Of a stretch of 64,000 bases of DNA, positions 31,305-40,802 are shown piece after piece. Numbering within the stretch: position 1 is the stretch's first letter; the number at the start of each line of letters is the position of its first letter. A program made the translations under genes and the position numbers. This DNA comes from Obrimoposthia wandeli (taxonomy: Eukaryota): NCBI GenBank assembly GCA_977020255.1, contig CDROCS010000122.1:62001-126000 (forward strand). The letters run 5' to 3'. The notes beneath the pieces are model-generated. The model was not told the origin of the DNA. It ran no database searches and was given only the letters and a program-made list of their open reading frames with translations.

Positions 31305-32537
31305 CTAGTATTCCCAGTGCTCAAGACTGTGAGCGCCAGAGAATTGGTTAGGGAAATAATCTTCACATGTACCTTCACGCCATACATCGGCTGTTGCACA
31401 GTGTAGACCACCACCAAATGCGTAAGCATCTCGTAAATCAACCGGAATGACATCAAAGCCAAGCTTATCGAATTGATCCATTTGTGCTGTTTCAGAGGCT
31501 TCAACACAAACCGTTTTATGATCTAAGATCAACGTATTCATCGACAACCAAGTGCTTGAGTAACAAAGCGCTGGTGGGTTATCCCACGCTGGGCTGACCG
31601 CTTCCACAATTTCCCAATCATTTTTCTCGAAGATCTCACGCTGACCTTTAAATAATGGACGATTAGGGTTCAGCAACATTAAGCCAGGACGTAGCGGACA
31701 GAAGGTCGCATCAATATGAATTGGATGGTTATCTTCAAAGCTTAGCGTGTGAACACGGTAACCTTGAGATTCATACTTACGCTTTATCCAACGAATACCC
31801 GCTAAGTTGGTAGTAAGACCGTGTTGCACAAAAATATCTTTACCTAAACGCATTACATCAGCGGCATCGAACAGAATATCAGTTTCTTTGGTGCTGTACT
31901 CTTTACGCAGTGAGCGCTCCATAGTTTCTGCATCAGACAAGTATTCATAAGCTGCCACATAGTCCATACGGAAGCTATCATCAGACAAACGTGGACGTGG
32001 TGCTTGCTCGATCATACAATTTGGATCTGATTCAAAATACTCACGCATCAAATCAACGTAAGCTAAATATTCAAAGTAACGGCTACGGAAGCTCATTGGT
32101 GCCATCAGCATGCTCTTACCCATAGTAAGTAGACAGTCACGTGGTGGCATTACACCAAAACCAGAACTGATGCTGAAATCAGGTGTGGTAATGCGCTCAT
32201 GCCAGTCTACTGCCCCTGGGCGGTCAACAATGATGTTGCGATCTTCTAAAATCTTCGCAAAACCATTCAAACATTCATTGGCACGTTCGATAGATTCTTG
32301 AGTACGACGACCTGCTTTACCCCCCCTCATTGGAGAACCCGCTGGAATTTTTTCATTACTTGCCGGGCAAGCTTCCGGAATATGTTGATTATCCGCTATA
32401 CCAACAATAACGTGACGAAGTGGATCGAAGTCATTATAAGATTCAACATGCAGACCTTGTCTTACATAAGGTACACCAGAATCTTTTCTTTCTGGTGGTA
32501 AAGAGGCATTAGGGTATAGATCGTTAGAAATACTCAT
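31305..32537 (-). CDS. L-arginine amidinotransferase (AGAT/StrB1 family)
   Basis: PRD, FDAAD, HID and GGGLHC catalytic motifs, WLSMN; GGAG RBS before ATG 32537. Confidence 0.93.
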   Translation of the reverse strand: MSISNDLYPNASLPPERKDSGVPYVRQGLHVESYNDFDPLRHVIVGIADNQHIPEACPASNEKIPAGSPMRGGKAGRRTQESIERANECLNGFAKILEDRNIIVDRPGAVDWHERITTPDFSISSGFGVMPPRDCLLTMGKSMLMAPMSFRSRYFEYLAYVDLMREYFESDPNCMIEQAPRPRLSDDSFRMDYVAAYEYLSDAETMERSLRKEYSTKETDILFDAADVMRLGKDIFVQHGLTTNLAGIRWIKRKYESQGYRVHTLSFEDNHPIHIDATFCPLRPGLMLLNPNRPLFKGQREIFEKNDWEIVEAVSPAWDNPPALCYSSTWLSMNTLILDHKTVCVEASETAQMDQFDKLGFDVIPVDLRDAYAFGGGLHCATADVWREGTCEDYFPNQFSGAHSLEHWEY

Positions 32538-33035
32538 TACAAATCTCCAATAGAATGAATATAAATCAAGAAGTCGTGCTTCCATATATTATTAATGTTG
32601 TCACTTTATATTCGAGTAATAATATGCCAGCCATTAACCATGATAAATATTATTAATAATCATTTGTTTATTCTGATTAGCAGTTATATTCGCTGCTCTT
32701 CAATAACACTAATATCGCGCTAAAAGCCGATCGATAATAGTCATTTAATGCTAACAACTGACTGTTCCCTGCTCTGATGTTGTTTTTATTATATAACCAA
32801 TAAAAAAATCATTGCGAGTGCTGATAAACAATGCAATTCATTACAAAATATTCACATGCCGCATAATTATTCACAAATCAGTCCTTTAAATAGACGGTAA
32901 TTATTACTCCTACTCCATAGTGGCATCGCATTGATACTATTTATAACTGTGTAACATCACATTTATACCTTGATTAGTTGGCATTCATTTTTTTCAAGGG
33001 TAAACATAATGCAATACGACAAGGGAGGTACGATT

Positions 33036-33947
33036 ATGTGTCAACGTGTTATTGCCAACACCCCTAAATTTCTGATGTTCGACTTACAAAAAATAGAAGA
33101 AACCGAACACATGATATTTGGAGCAGACTATATATTAATACGTCCTAAAACAGCGGGATGCACACTACATTTAGCCAATACCCACTACCAGTTAAGAGTA
33201 GGGCAACTGATATTACTCGCACCATTTAACCCATTCAGGCTATCACTAGACCAGCATCAAAAGGTGCCAACCGACTGTGATACATTGCATTTTAGATTAA
33301 ATGCAATGGGACAAACATTCGTTGATAGTGTTCAATTCTATACCATCAAAACCATGCTAGAGCAGTCACGCAGTGGTACTCTATTCGAAGGTCAGGGTAT
33401 TTCTGATATCCACCATTTATTAGATAAGATGGAAAATTCCTTTGAGTTTTCTCAAGTGCTAAATTTGCTTGGTTTGCTTGAAAAATTATCAGCAATGATA
33501 CCAGCCCGCTACCTTGCTAATAACCGTTTTGAAGTAAATAACATTAAACGCACAGAAAACCGCGTCCATATTGCACAAGAATATATTGCGAATAATTTAG
33601 CAGAACAATTATCTGTTGCATTGGTAGCAGAACAGCTTCATATGGCTGATAGTACTTTTTCGCGGTTTTTTCATGCTAACCTTGGGGTCACATTTCGGCA
33701 ATATGTTATTGAACAACGCGTTAGGCAAGCGGCGAGGTATTTAGTCACGACAGATTGGACTATTGCTCATATCGGCTCGGAAGTAGGCTTTTCATCTTTA
33801 TCAAACTTTAATTCAAAGTTTAAAAGCCTATTACGTGCTACGCCACGAGAATACCGTGCGAACCATGTTGATATGCGTAAAGATATTGAAAGCAGTCGAG
33901 CTGTCGAAGGTCAAATACAAAAACAGCTATCAGATACGATGCTATAA
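33036..33947 (+). CDS. AraC-family regulator divergent from the amidinotransferase
   Basis: C-terminal double HTH (VGFSSLSNFNSKFK...TPREYR); GGAGG RBS. Confidence 0.92.
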   Translation: MCQRVIANTPKFLMFDLQKIEETEHMIFGADYILIRPKTAGCTLHLANTHYQLRVGQLILLAPFNPFRLSLDQHQKVPTDCDTLHFRLNAMGQTFVDSVQFYTIKTMLEQSRSGTLFEGQGISDIHHLLDKMENSFEFSQVLNLLGLLEKLSAMIPARYLANNRFEVNNIKRTENRVHIAQEYIANNLAEQLSVALVAEQLHMADSTFSRFFHANLGVTFRQYVIEQRVRQAARYLVTTDWTIAHIGSEVGFSSLSNFNSKFKSLLRATPREYRANHVDMRKDIESSRAVEGQIQKQLSDTML

Positions 33948-34052
33948 CTGCCACCGACGGCTTTTCAACAAATAGTTTTTTATAACTAGATTTGACTAAA
34001 TAGCGTTGAGTATTTTAAAAGAGAGTAACAATAACTTGTTACTCTCTTTTTA

Positions 34053-35513
34053 TTAGTGAGAAGGGAATGAAACAGTTGCTGGTTGGTGATTAAAATATTT
34101 AGCGACTAACCAATACGTACCACAAGCAAGTAGTGAAGAATAAATTGGCGCCTCAACCCAGCCCAAGTTGAATTGTAAAAAGAGTAAACAACCCGAACTA
34201 AATCCGATGACCATCGAAAATAACGCCGCATATATATTGGCAGGCACAAAATGAGCAAGCAATGTAGGGGCAACCAATGCAGCCATTAATGTTCCTGAGC
34301 CCAATATTGCCAACATAGACAGCATAAAAGGAGGAGCAAGCAACATAAGCACAAACCCCGTTCCACCTAATAACCACACCGCACTTCGGTTCAATATAAG
34401 TAACGATTTTTCTGATAACCGACAATTGGGCCAAATAGCCTGACGTAAATCGTGTGATACAGAACCCGCAATCGCATGCAAAACAGAATTAGCTGTCGAC
34501 TTCATCGCAAATAAAATAAACAGTGTGACAACCGAAGACACAGAAGGGGATAAAAAATTGGCGAGGAAGGTCGGCATCGCTTCATCTGGTGTGGCGAGTC
34601 CAGGCACTTTTAAGCGGGTGTATAATCCCGCTAAGGGCACGAGGCTAAGCAAACAGGCAATGGGCGTCATATATGCAGCCACATGGTGTAGCTTGGTGGT
34701 TTTTGCTAACGCCATAAACCGAACAGACATATAAGGTAATGTTGCACTGTAGATAAATGCGTATGGCAATACCATGAGTACATGCCAAACCGAGGAACCA
34801 TAGGGGCCAGAATCAGTCGGAGCAAGTAATTCAGGATCAATCGCATTTAAACCTGAAATCAGCTCACTGGGTGACATATCGGAAAAAATAGTCACAACAA
34901 TAATAAGTGCTGATACGCACATTCCGACCACCATAAAAGCATCGGTAAATGCGACAGCTGCTAACCCACCAATCGAGGTATATAAAATAATAATACCCAC
35001 CATTAATAATGCAGCCGTATCTTGATCGATACCTAACCATTGTCCAGCCAGTAATCCAAGTGCCTTTATTTGCCCCACCAAGAAAACCAACAATAAAATA
35101 ATAGTAATAATAGCAGCAAAGGCTTGAGTGAAACGCTTAACAATTTCGGGGCCTTCGTGACTACGGGCAATGTATTCAGGAATAGTAAAACTGCCCATTT
35201 GTTCAGCTTTCTGATGTAAAAAACGCGCACAAAATAAGACGGCAAAGACCATCGCTGGTGCAAAAAAGAAGTTACCAACGAGTTCAATTGCACCGTATTT
35301 ATAGGCAACACCTGGGGATCCCATGAATCCCCAGCCTGAAAACCCTGTCGCAACAATCGTCGCAGCACCAATGAAAGGGCCAAGGCAATTAGCGGCTAAT
35401 AAAAAACCACCTTCGCCATCACCTGTTTTCATGATTTTATTACTGTACAGCGCGAGTCCTACCATGATGCTCACCGTCACCAATAGGAGCACCCAGTTAA
35501 ATGAGGTGATCAT
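34053..35513 (-). CDS. Sodium:solute symporter (SSS, PutP-like)
   Basis: SGWGFMGSPG, TIPEY, YTSIGGLAAVAFTD, AMKSTANS; about 13 TM helices. Confidence 0.9.
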   Translation of the reverse strand: MITSFNWVLLLVTVSIMVGLALYSNKIMKTGDGEGGFLLAANCLGPFIGAATIVATGFSGWGFMGSPGVAYKYGAIELVGNFFFAPAMVFAVLFCARFLHQKAEQMGSFTIPEYIARSHEGPEIVKRFTQAFAAIITIILLLVFLVGQIKALGLLAGQWLGIDQDTAALLMVGIIILYTSIGGLAAVAFTDAFMVVGMCVSALIIVVTIFSDMSPSELISGLNAIDPELLAPTDSGPYGSSVWHVLMVLPYAFIYSATLPYMSVRFMALAKTTKLHHVAAYMTPIACLLSLVPLAGLYTRLKVPGLATPDEAMPTFLANFLSPSVSSVVTLFILFAMKSTANSVLHAIAGSVSHDLRQAIWPNCRLSEKSLLILNRSAVWLLGGTGFVLMLLAPPFMLSMLAILGSGTLMAALVAPTLLAHFVPANIYAALFSMVIGFSSGCLLFLQFNLGWVEAPIYSSLLACGTYWLVAKYFNHQPATVSFPSH

Positions 35514-35525
35514 CGTAGCCTCCTG

Positions 35526-36461
35526 TTAATGTTCTAGTTGACTATTTTTGAGAGCAACACGCTTCTTGGTCATACTAATAACAATCTCGCCCATGCCGCC
35601 GCCAATCACTAAGATGCCACCGATACTTTGAAGTAACGTGAGTGATTCACCAAACATCGCAATACCAATGCCAGCTCCAACTACCGTTTCAAGGTATGAC
35701 ACACACGCTAACTCAGCTGCTTTCAGGTGTTTAGCTGCAATAGTCAGTAGAGTCAGGGCACCAAACCCAATGAAGAACCCCATCGAAATTAACCAGATCC
35801 AAGAGCTGGTATTCATATCAGCAAGCGAAGGAGGTTTAACGACAAAACATACCCCAATAGCCACAGCACCAAACAAGAAGTTGAAGAAAGAGCGTGAGTC
35901 TGAGCTTACATCAGTACGATAGCGACTAAAGAACAAATACAAACCGTAGCCTACCCCTGAAGCCAGCCCAAGCATATCACCGATGAAGTTCTCTTTTGAG
36001 AAAGACAGGGATACAGTTAACCCAGAAGTCGCACTGTAATTAATAATCCCGATGATAAATAAACACCCAATGAATACTGCTGTTAATAGTGAAGCAGTCA
36101 ACTTAGATATTTTTTCTTTAAGAAAAATAGCCGCTAAAATGGTCGAGAACACCGGTCCGGTGTAGATAAGAAATACCGCATTGGCTAAAGTTGTGTATTG
36201 AGTAGAAGAAACATAAGCCGCTAGACATAACCCCAAACAGGCACCGCTTGCAATAACCGTTGGTGTTATTTTGGTGGCTTTTATCAGTGATGTTTTACCT
36301 TGATAAAACATCAGACCTAAAATACAAATCGCGCCAACAGTCATGCGGGTAAATGCGATAACATCACCGCTAGTATTAATATTTCTGGCAAACAATCCAA
36401 CACACCCCATCAGGGCTGCCGAAACTATCATCGTGGAATAGCCCAACGTTTTGGTATTCAT
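35526..36461 (-). CDS. DMT/EamA-family transporter
   Basis: Two EamA repeats, 10 TM, LANAVFLIYTGP. Confidence 0.88.
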   Translation of the reverse strand: MNTKTLGYSTMIVSAALMGCVGLFARNINTSGDVIAFTRMTVGAICILGLMFYQGKTSLIKATKITPTVIASGACLGLCLAAYVSSTQYTTLANAVFLIYTGPVFSTILAAIFLKEKISKLTASLLTAVFIGCLFIIGIINYSATSGLTVSLSFSKENFIGDMLGLASGVGYGLYLFFSRYRTDVSSDSRSFFNFLFGAVAIGVCFVVKPPSLADMNTSSWIWLISMGFFIGFGALTLLTIAAKHLKAAELACVSYLETVVGAGIGIAMFGESLTLLQSIGGILVIGGGMGEIVISMTKKRVALKNSQLEH

Positions 36462-36610
36462 GATTTACTCCTTTGATTATTGTCATCAGGATGATCGCAG
36501 AGCATTCCACCGCCAGTAATTTGGTAATAACCGTACACCAGCATTACCACCACACATAGAGCAACATTAGCGAGTATAAATACATCGACAGACCAATATC
36601 CTGTAAGCAT
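36458..36610 (-). CDS. 50-aa single-TM small protein coupled to the DMT gene; not in the ORF track
   Basis: MLTGYWSVDVFILANVALCVVVMLVYGYYQITGGGMLCDHPDDNNQRSKS; its TGA overlaps the DMT ATG (ATGA); AAGGGA RBS. Confidence 0.75.
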   Translation of the reverse strand: MLTGYWSVDVFILANVALCVVVMLVYGYYQITGGGMLCDHPDDNNQRSKS

Positions 36611-36915
36611 CTTCATTCCCTTTTCAAGGCTAAAATAACAACAATGAACATGTTGTAATTGACATTTATATTGATTGAGTACTGACTCAATAACTAGTCA
36701 AAACCTGCCGTCTACTTGCTAATTACTGCTCAATAGTTGAAAACACGATCAAAAAAGGCAACCCGAAGGCTGCCTTATTGAAGAAGTAAAGGTCACGATT
36801 AAGCTAGCGATTCAATACGGTTTTCATATCTATTAATTGGTTAAATTATCTTTTTTTACTTAATCACTAATACTGGTACTGTTGATTTAAAGCTGACGAT
36901 TCCTAGTTTATTCAT

Positions 36916-37632
36916 TTATGAACAAACAACCTTACCTTGCTTTAAATGAATAGTATGATCTGCTAATTGTTGTGCTTGTCGTATTGAATGAGAGACCATT
37001 ACAACAGTGTAACGGGTGGCTAATTTAACAATCAGTGTTTCTATGTGGGCTTCCGTTAATGGATCTAATGATGCCGTTGGTTCATCAAGAAGTAATATTT
37101 CTGGTTCAAGGGCAAGTGTTCGTGCCAGACAAAGGCGTTGTTGTTGACCTCCTGAAAGCACATCTGCGGGCATCGCTAATCTATTTTTGACATCATGCCA
37201 CAAAGCAGCATCGCTTAAGGCCGCATAGGCTCGATCCTGAGCTTCTGCCCCCGCGACACCACAAACCACTTTCAACGGTAAGAGTAAATTATCTAAAATA
37301 CTGCCAGGTAGCAGTTGTGGATGTTGAAAAACCATACCTACTTTGCGACGTAGTTTTGGCAGCTGACCCTTATTAAGGTCATGAACATCAGTTACTTTTC
37401 CATCAAGATGCAACTTAATCTCACCTTGCGAATGACAGCCATCGAAGCAGTCATTTAGGCGATTAATGGCTCTAAGTAACGTTGTTTTACCAGAACCCGA
37501 TGGCCCAGTAAGCAGATGAATTTTATTTTTAAACAACTCGATGTTTATATTGCTAATAACGGGCTTATTTCCAAAAGAAATCGTCAAGTCGGATATTGTG
37601 CCTGCCAATTGTGAAGACATATTTGAATGCAT
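36916..37632 (-). CDS. pstB: PstB-like ABC ATPase
   Basis: GPSGSGKT, LSGGQQQRL, LLLDEP. Confidence 0.8.
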   Translation of the reverse strand: MHSNMSSQLAGTISDLTISFGNKPVISNINIELFKNKIHLLTGPSGSGKTTLLRAINRLNDCFDGCHSQGEIKLHLDGKVTDVHDLNKGQLPKLRRKVGMVFQHPQLLPGSILDNLLLPLKVVCGVAGAEAQDRAYAALSDAALWHDVKNRLAMPADVLSGGQQQRLCLARTLALEPEILLLDEPTASLDPLTEAHIETLIVKLATRYTVVMVSHSIRQAQQLADHTIHLKQGKVVCS

Positions 37633-37633
37633 A

Positions 37634-38494
37634 TTAGGTTCGCCTTATAGAGGGTCGCAATAAAAGGCTTGCGGCAGTAAAAATAGTGGCAGTGATACAC
37701 AAAAGGGTGATTGCTGCACCAAAAGCCATTTGAAGCTCAGATTGACTTTGATATTGGGCACTGTAATAGAAAATAGTAAATGGCAAGGCCTCGTAACGTT
37801 CAAATACCCCACCAGGAAGACCTGCATTTACAACAACGCCTGTTAGCATGATCACCGCTGTATCTTCAGCAGCACGACCCGTTGCCAACATTACACCGCC
37901 AATAATACCTTTTGATGCTTTCGGCAGCAGAACCCTTCGGATGGCTTGCCAATGAGTCATGCCAAGAGCAAGAGCCGTTATTTCAAGTGAAGATGGTAAT
38001 GCTTTTAGTGCGGTACGAGTTGCGACCGCTAAGTACGGAATAATTAATAGTGCAAGGCTAAACGCAGAGACAATTAAACACGTATTCGCAGAAGGTAACA
38101 GCCCCTTTCTGAGAAATAAGATCAACGTAAAACCGAACAGACCCATTAGTATCGAAGGGATGCCAGCAAGAATATCAATGCCAAGCGCAAGAAGTCGCTT
38201 AAACCGTGATTCAGAGCTTATAGCAAGCCATATTCCTGTGGCGACTCCGGGAACAAGAGCCAAAGACAAAGAAAGAAAAACGACGGTTATTGTGCCTACG
38301 CAGGCAGGCCAAATTCCATCCCATATAGGTTCAAGCCCAAGTATCCCTTTTATTACATCGGTATCGCCAAAAAACAACGATAGACTAAATGCAGGGGCAC
38401 CTTGTTTAATGGTGAACCCAAGCAGTAACGCTAAACTTCCTAATAACCCGACGGTACAAATAAGGCACCAAAAATGGAATAACCGTTCTTTCAT
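37634..38494 (-). CDS. pstA: PstA-like permease
   Basis: LAGIPSILMGLFG, EAA-like loop, GRAAEDTA. Confidence 0.8.
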   Translation of the reverse strand: MKERLFHFWCLICTVGLLGSLALLLGFTIKQGAPAFSLSLFFGDTDVIKGILGLEPIWDGIWPACVGTITVVFLSLSLALVPGVATGIWLAISSESRFKRLLALGIDILAGIPSILMGLFGFTLILFLRKGLLPSANTCLIVSAFSLALLIIPYLAVATRTALKALPSSLEITALALGMTHWQAIRRVLLPKASKGIIGGVMLATGRAAEDTAVIMLTGVVVNAGLPGGVFERYEALPFTIFYYSAQYQSQSELQMAFGAAITLLCITATIFTAASLLLRPSIRRT

Positions 38495-39357
38495 CTCATG
38501 CCCTTTAAAGAACGCTTGTAATGCACATGTTCTATTTTCCTGATGAGTAGTGTAACGCTGACACTGATAGTAAGAAGAAGTAACCCAGAGGCAAATAAAG
38601 AGTTATACGTTGCGCTACCGTTCTCAGTTGCTAAAACAAGCCCGATGTGGGCTGTTAATGTTCGGACTGAATCAAAAACGCTGCTTGTTAATTGTGGTGC
38701 GTTCCCCGCGAGCATAAGTGGCAAAAGAGTATCACCTATAGCCCGGCTAAAACCGAGTAACGCCGCTGCAGCCATCGCTTTGGTCGCGTTAGGTAAAATG
38801 ATATACAACACTGTTTGTATATCGCTAAACCCCATCGCCGTGGCGTTAAGATGGATTTGCGAGGCCACTTCTCGACAATGGGTATCTAATATCATAATCA
38901 TTACAGGCAATATCAACATAACAACCATAACGGCAGTGGCAAGTATGCTGTAGCCTGAACCATACATGAAAGTTTCTCTGAGTAGCGGCACAAGCAAAAA
39001 AACGGCAGCAATTCCATACACAACGGTCGGAATGCCTGACATCATTCTAATGACCCGCCGAATCCATTTAGTCGCTTTTTTATAACGTGTAAGTTGGAAA
39101 AATCCGGCTACACCAATAGCAATTGGAAAGGCCAGAATTAATGACATTAATGCAACCATTCCAGAGCCTGCGATCATGGGCAGAATACCAAAATCCCCCT
39201 GCTCAGGCTGCCAATTAAGAGAGAGTACCGAAACATCTGAATGAAAGAATAACGGTAGCGCAAACCAGAATAGAAAACCGAATAGTAAGGCAATAAGTGC
39301 GAACACTGTGGCGCTTAATACCAACAGTATTCGCTCGGCTGTGAAAGTAGATGCCAT
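38491..39357 (-). CDS. pstC: PstC-like permease
   Basis: SGIPTVVYG, SRAIGDT, TLTAHI. Confidence 0.8.
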   Translation of the reverse strand: MASTFTAERILLVLSATVFALIALLFGFLFWFALPLFFHSDVSVLSLNWQPEQGDFGILPMIAGSGMVALMSLILAFPIAIGVAGFFQLTRYKKATKWIRRVIRMMSGIPTVVYGIAAVFLLVPLLRETFMYGSGYSILATAVMVVMLILPVMIMILDTHCREVASQIHLNATAMGFSDIQTVLYIILPNATKAMAAAALLGFSRAIGDTLLPLMLAGNAPQLTSSVFDSVRTLTAHIGLVLATENGSATYNSLFASGLLLLTISVSVTLLIRKIEHVHYKRSLKGMR

Positions 39358-39374
39358 TGACTTATTGATTCTAT

Positions 39375-40208
39375 TTATTGCATTTTCAGTGGTATATAAC
39401 CCGATGCGCGTACATACTTCGCACCCTGTGGGCTATAAATAAAATCAACAAATGTACGAACTAAGCCTTCCGGTTCACCTTTAGTATTCATAAACAATTT
39501 ACGGACAATAGGATACTCACCAGAAGCACAAGCTTCGTTCGTTGGATGTACTTGATCTAAAGTTGGTGCTTTTACTGTATTGTCGATATAGCCGACACTG
39601 CTGTAACCAATAGCACCGGGATCACGAGCAATGGCAGTTTTCATTGCCCCATTTGATGGAACAACATTCGCATGATTCACCATCGATATGTTCTGCAATA
39701 ATTTAGTGGCGAAAACAGCACGAGTACCACTCGCTTCATCACGCGTAAAAATGTTGATTGAGCGGTCATCCCCACCCAGTTGCTGCCAGTTGTTAATTTT
39801 ACCTGAATAGATATCAATAACTTGCTGGGTTGTTAATGATTGAATTGGGTTGGCTGGATTGATAATAGTTGCAACACCATCAATAGCAAAAGGGAGTGAT
39901 ACTAACCCATAAGCAGCCTCACTGGGCTTTAATGCTCGACCTGTATTCCCTATATCGACTAACCCTTTGGCAACTTGTTGGGCGCCGACCCCTGAACCAC
40001 CACCCGCAATAGTAATACGGATATCGCTATTTGCTTTCATAATCGCTTTGGCTGCTTGTTTCATTACGGGAATATGCGCAGTACCTCCAGCTATATTAAT
40101 CGTGCCAGAAAGCCCTTCAAATTTATCGAGATCTGTTGCTTGGGTCAGTAATGGCACAAAGCACACACCACAAAGAAGTAGTCTAATAACACTGGATTTA
40201 CACCACAT
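39375..40208 (-). CDS. pstS: PstS-like substrate-binding protein
   Basis: Signal peptide, GGGSGVG, RDEASGTR, SNG, IGYSS. Confidence 0.8.
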   Translation of the reverse strand: MWCKSSVIRLLLCGVCFVPLLTQATDLDKFEGLSGTINIAGGTAHIPVMKQAAKAIMKANSDIRITIAGGGSGVGAQQVAKGLVDIGNTGRALKPSEAAYGLVSLPFAIDGVATIINPANPIQSLTTQQVIDIYSGKINNWQQLGGDDRSINIFTRDEASGTRAVFATKLLQNISMVNHANVVPSNGAMKTAIARDPGAIGYSSVGYIDNTVKAPTLDQVHPTNEACASGEYPIVRKLFMNTKGEPEGLVRTFVDFIYSPQGAKYVRASGYIPLKMQ

Positions 40209-40802
40209 ACAATATCCTTTTTATTCTCGATAAATATAAATAGCAGAAAGTCGTCATATAATTAGGACTAAGCGGCTATATTTGTATTATGAATGATAAT
40301 GGTCATTATCCATTGATTTGAATCATATTTTCATTTAGATATGTAGAACATAATTAAAAAGGTTTTATATGTGAGAACAAGCGCATCACCTTCAAAGACA
40401 CTATGAAAAAAACCAGTTATTCACAGCTTAAGTTCCAGCAATTTACCACAAGGGTAAAAAGCATGAATTCATAGCCCCCACTATAGCTAATCATACCAAC
40501 GACCTATCCGTCTTTATGGTTTTTAACTACTGCTAGATTGAATGTTCTAAATATAATTCGACAACCATTACTTAATTCATATTAGCACTGAAAAATTTAT
40601 ATGGCTTTTTCACATGAGTATATTTAGATTAACGACAATGTAAGGGGGAAAACCATTTTTTGAGTAATAAATATCACCTCAGATAATATAACTCATTCGA
40701 TAACGACGAGAAGGTCTCGATTTTAAAAATAAATTAACGAACATTTAAAAATAAAGGCGCCACTCTGTAATAAGTAGAATGGCGCGATGAAATATATCTT
40801 TA

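Noticed and set aside
31305-36461. Toxin or natural-product biosynthetic cluster, or creatine synthesis, around the amidinotransferase
   Set aside because: No NRPS, PKS, guanidinoacetate methyltransferase or tailoring enzymes are present in the window.
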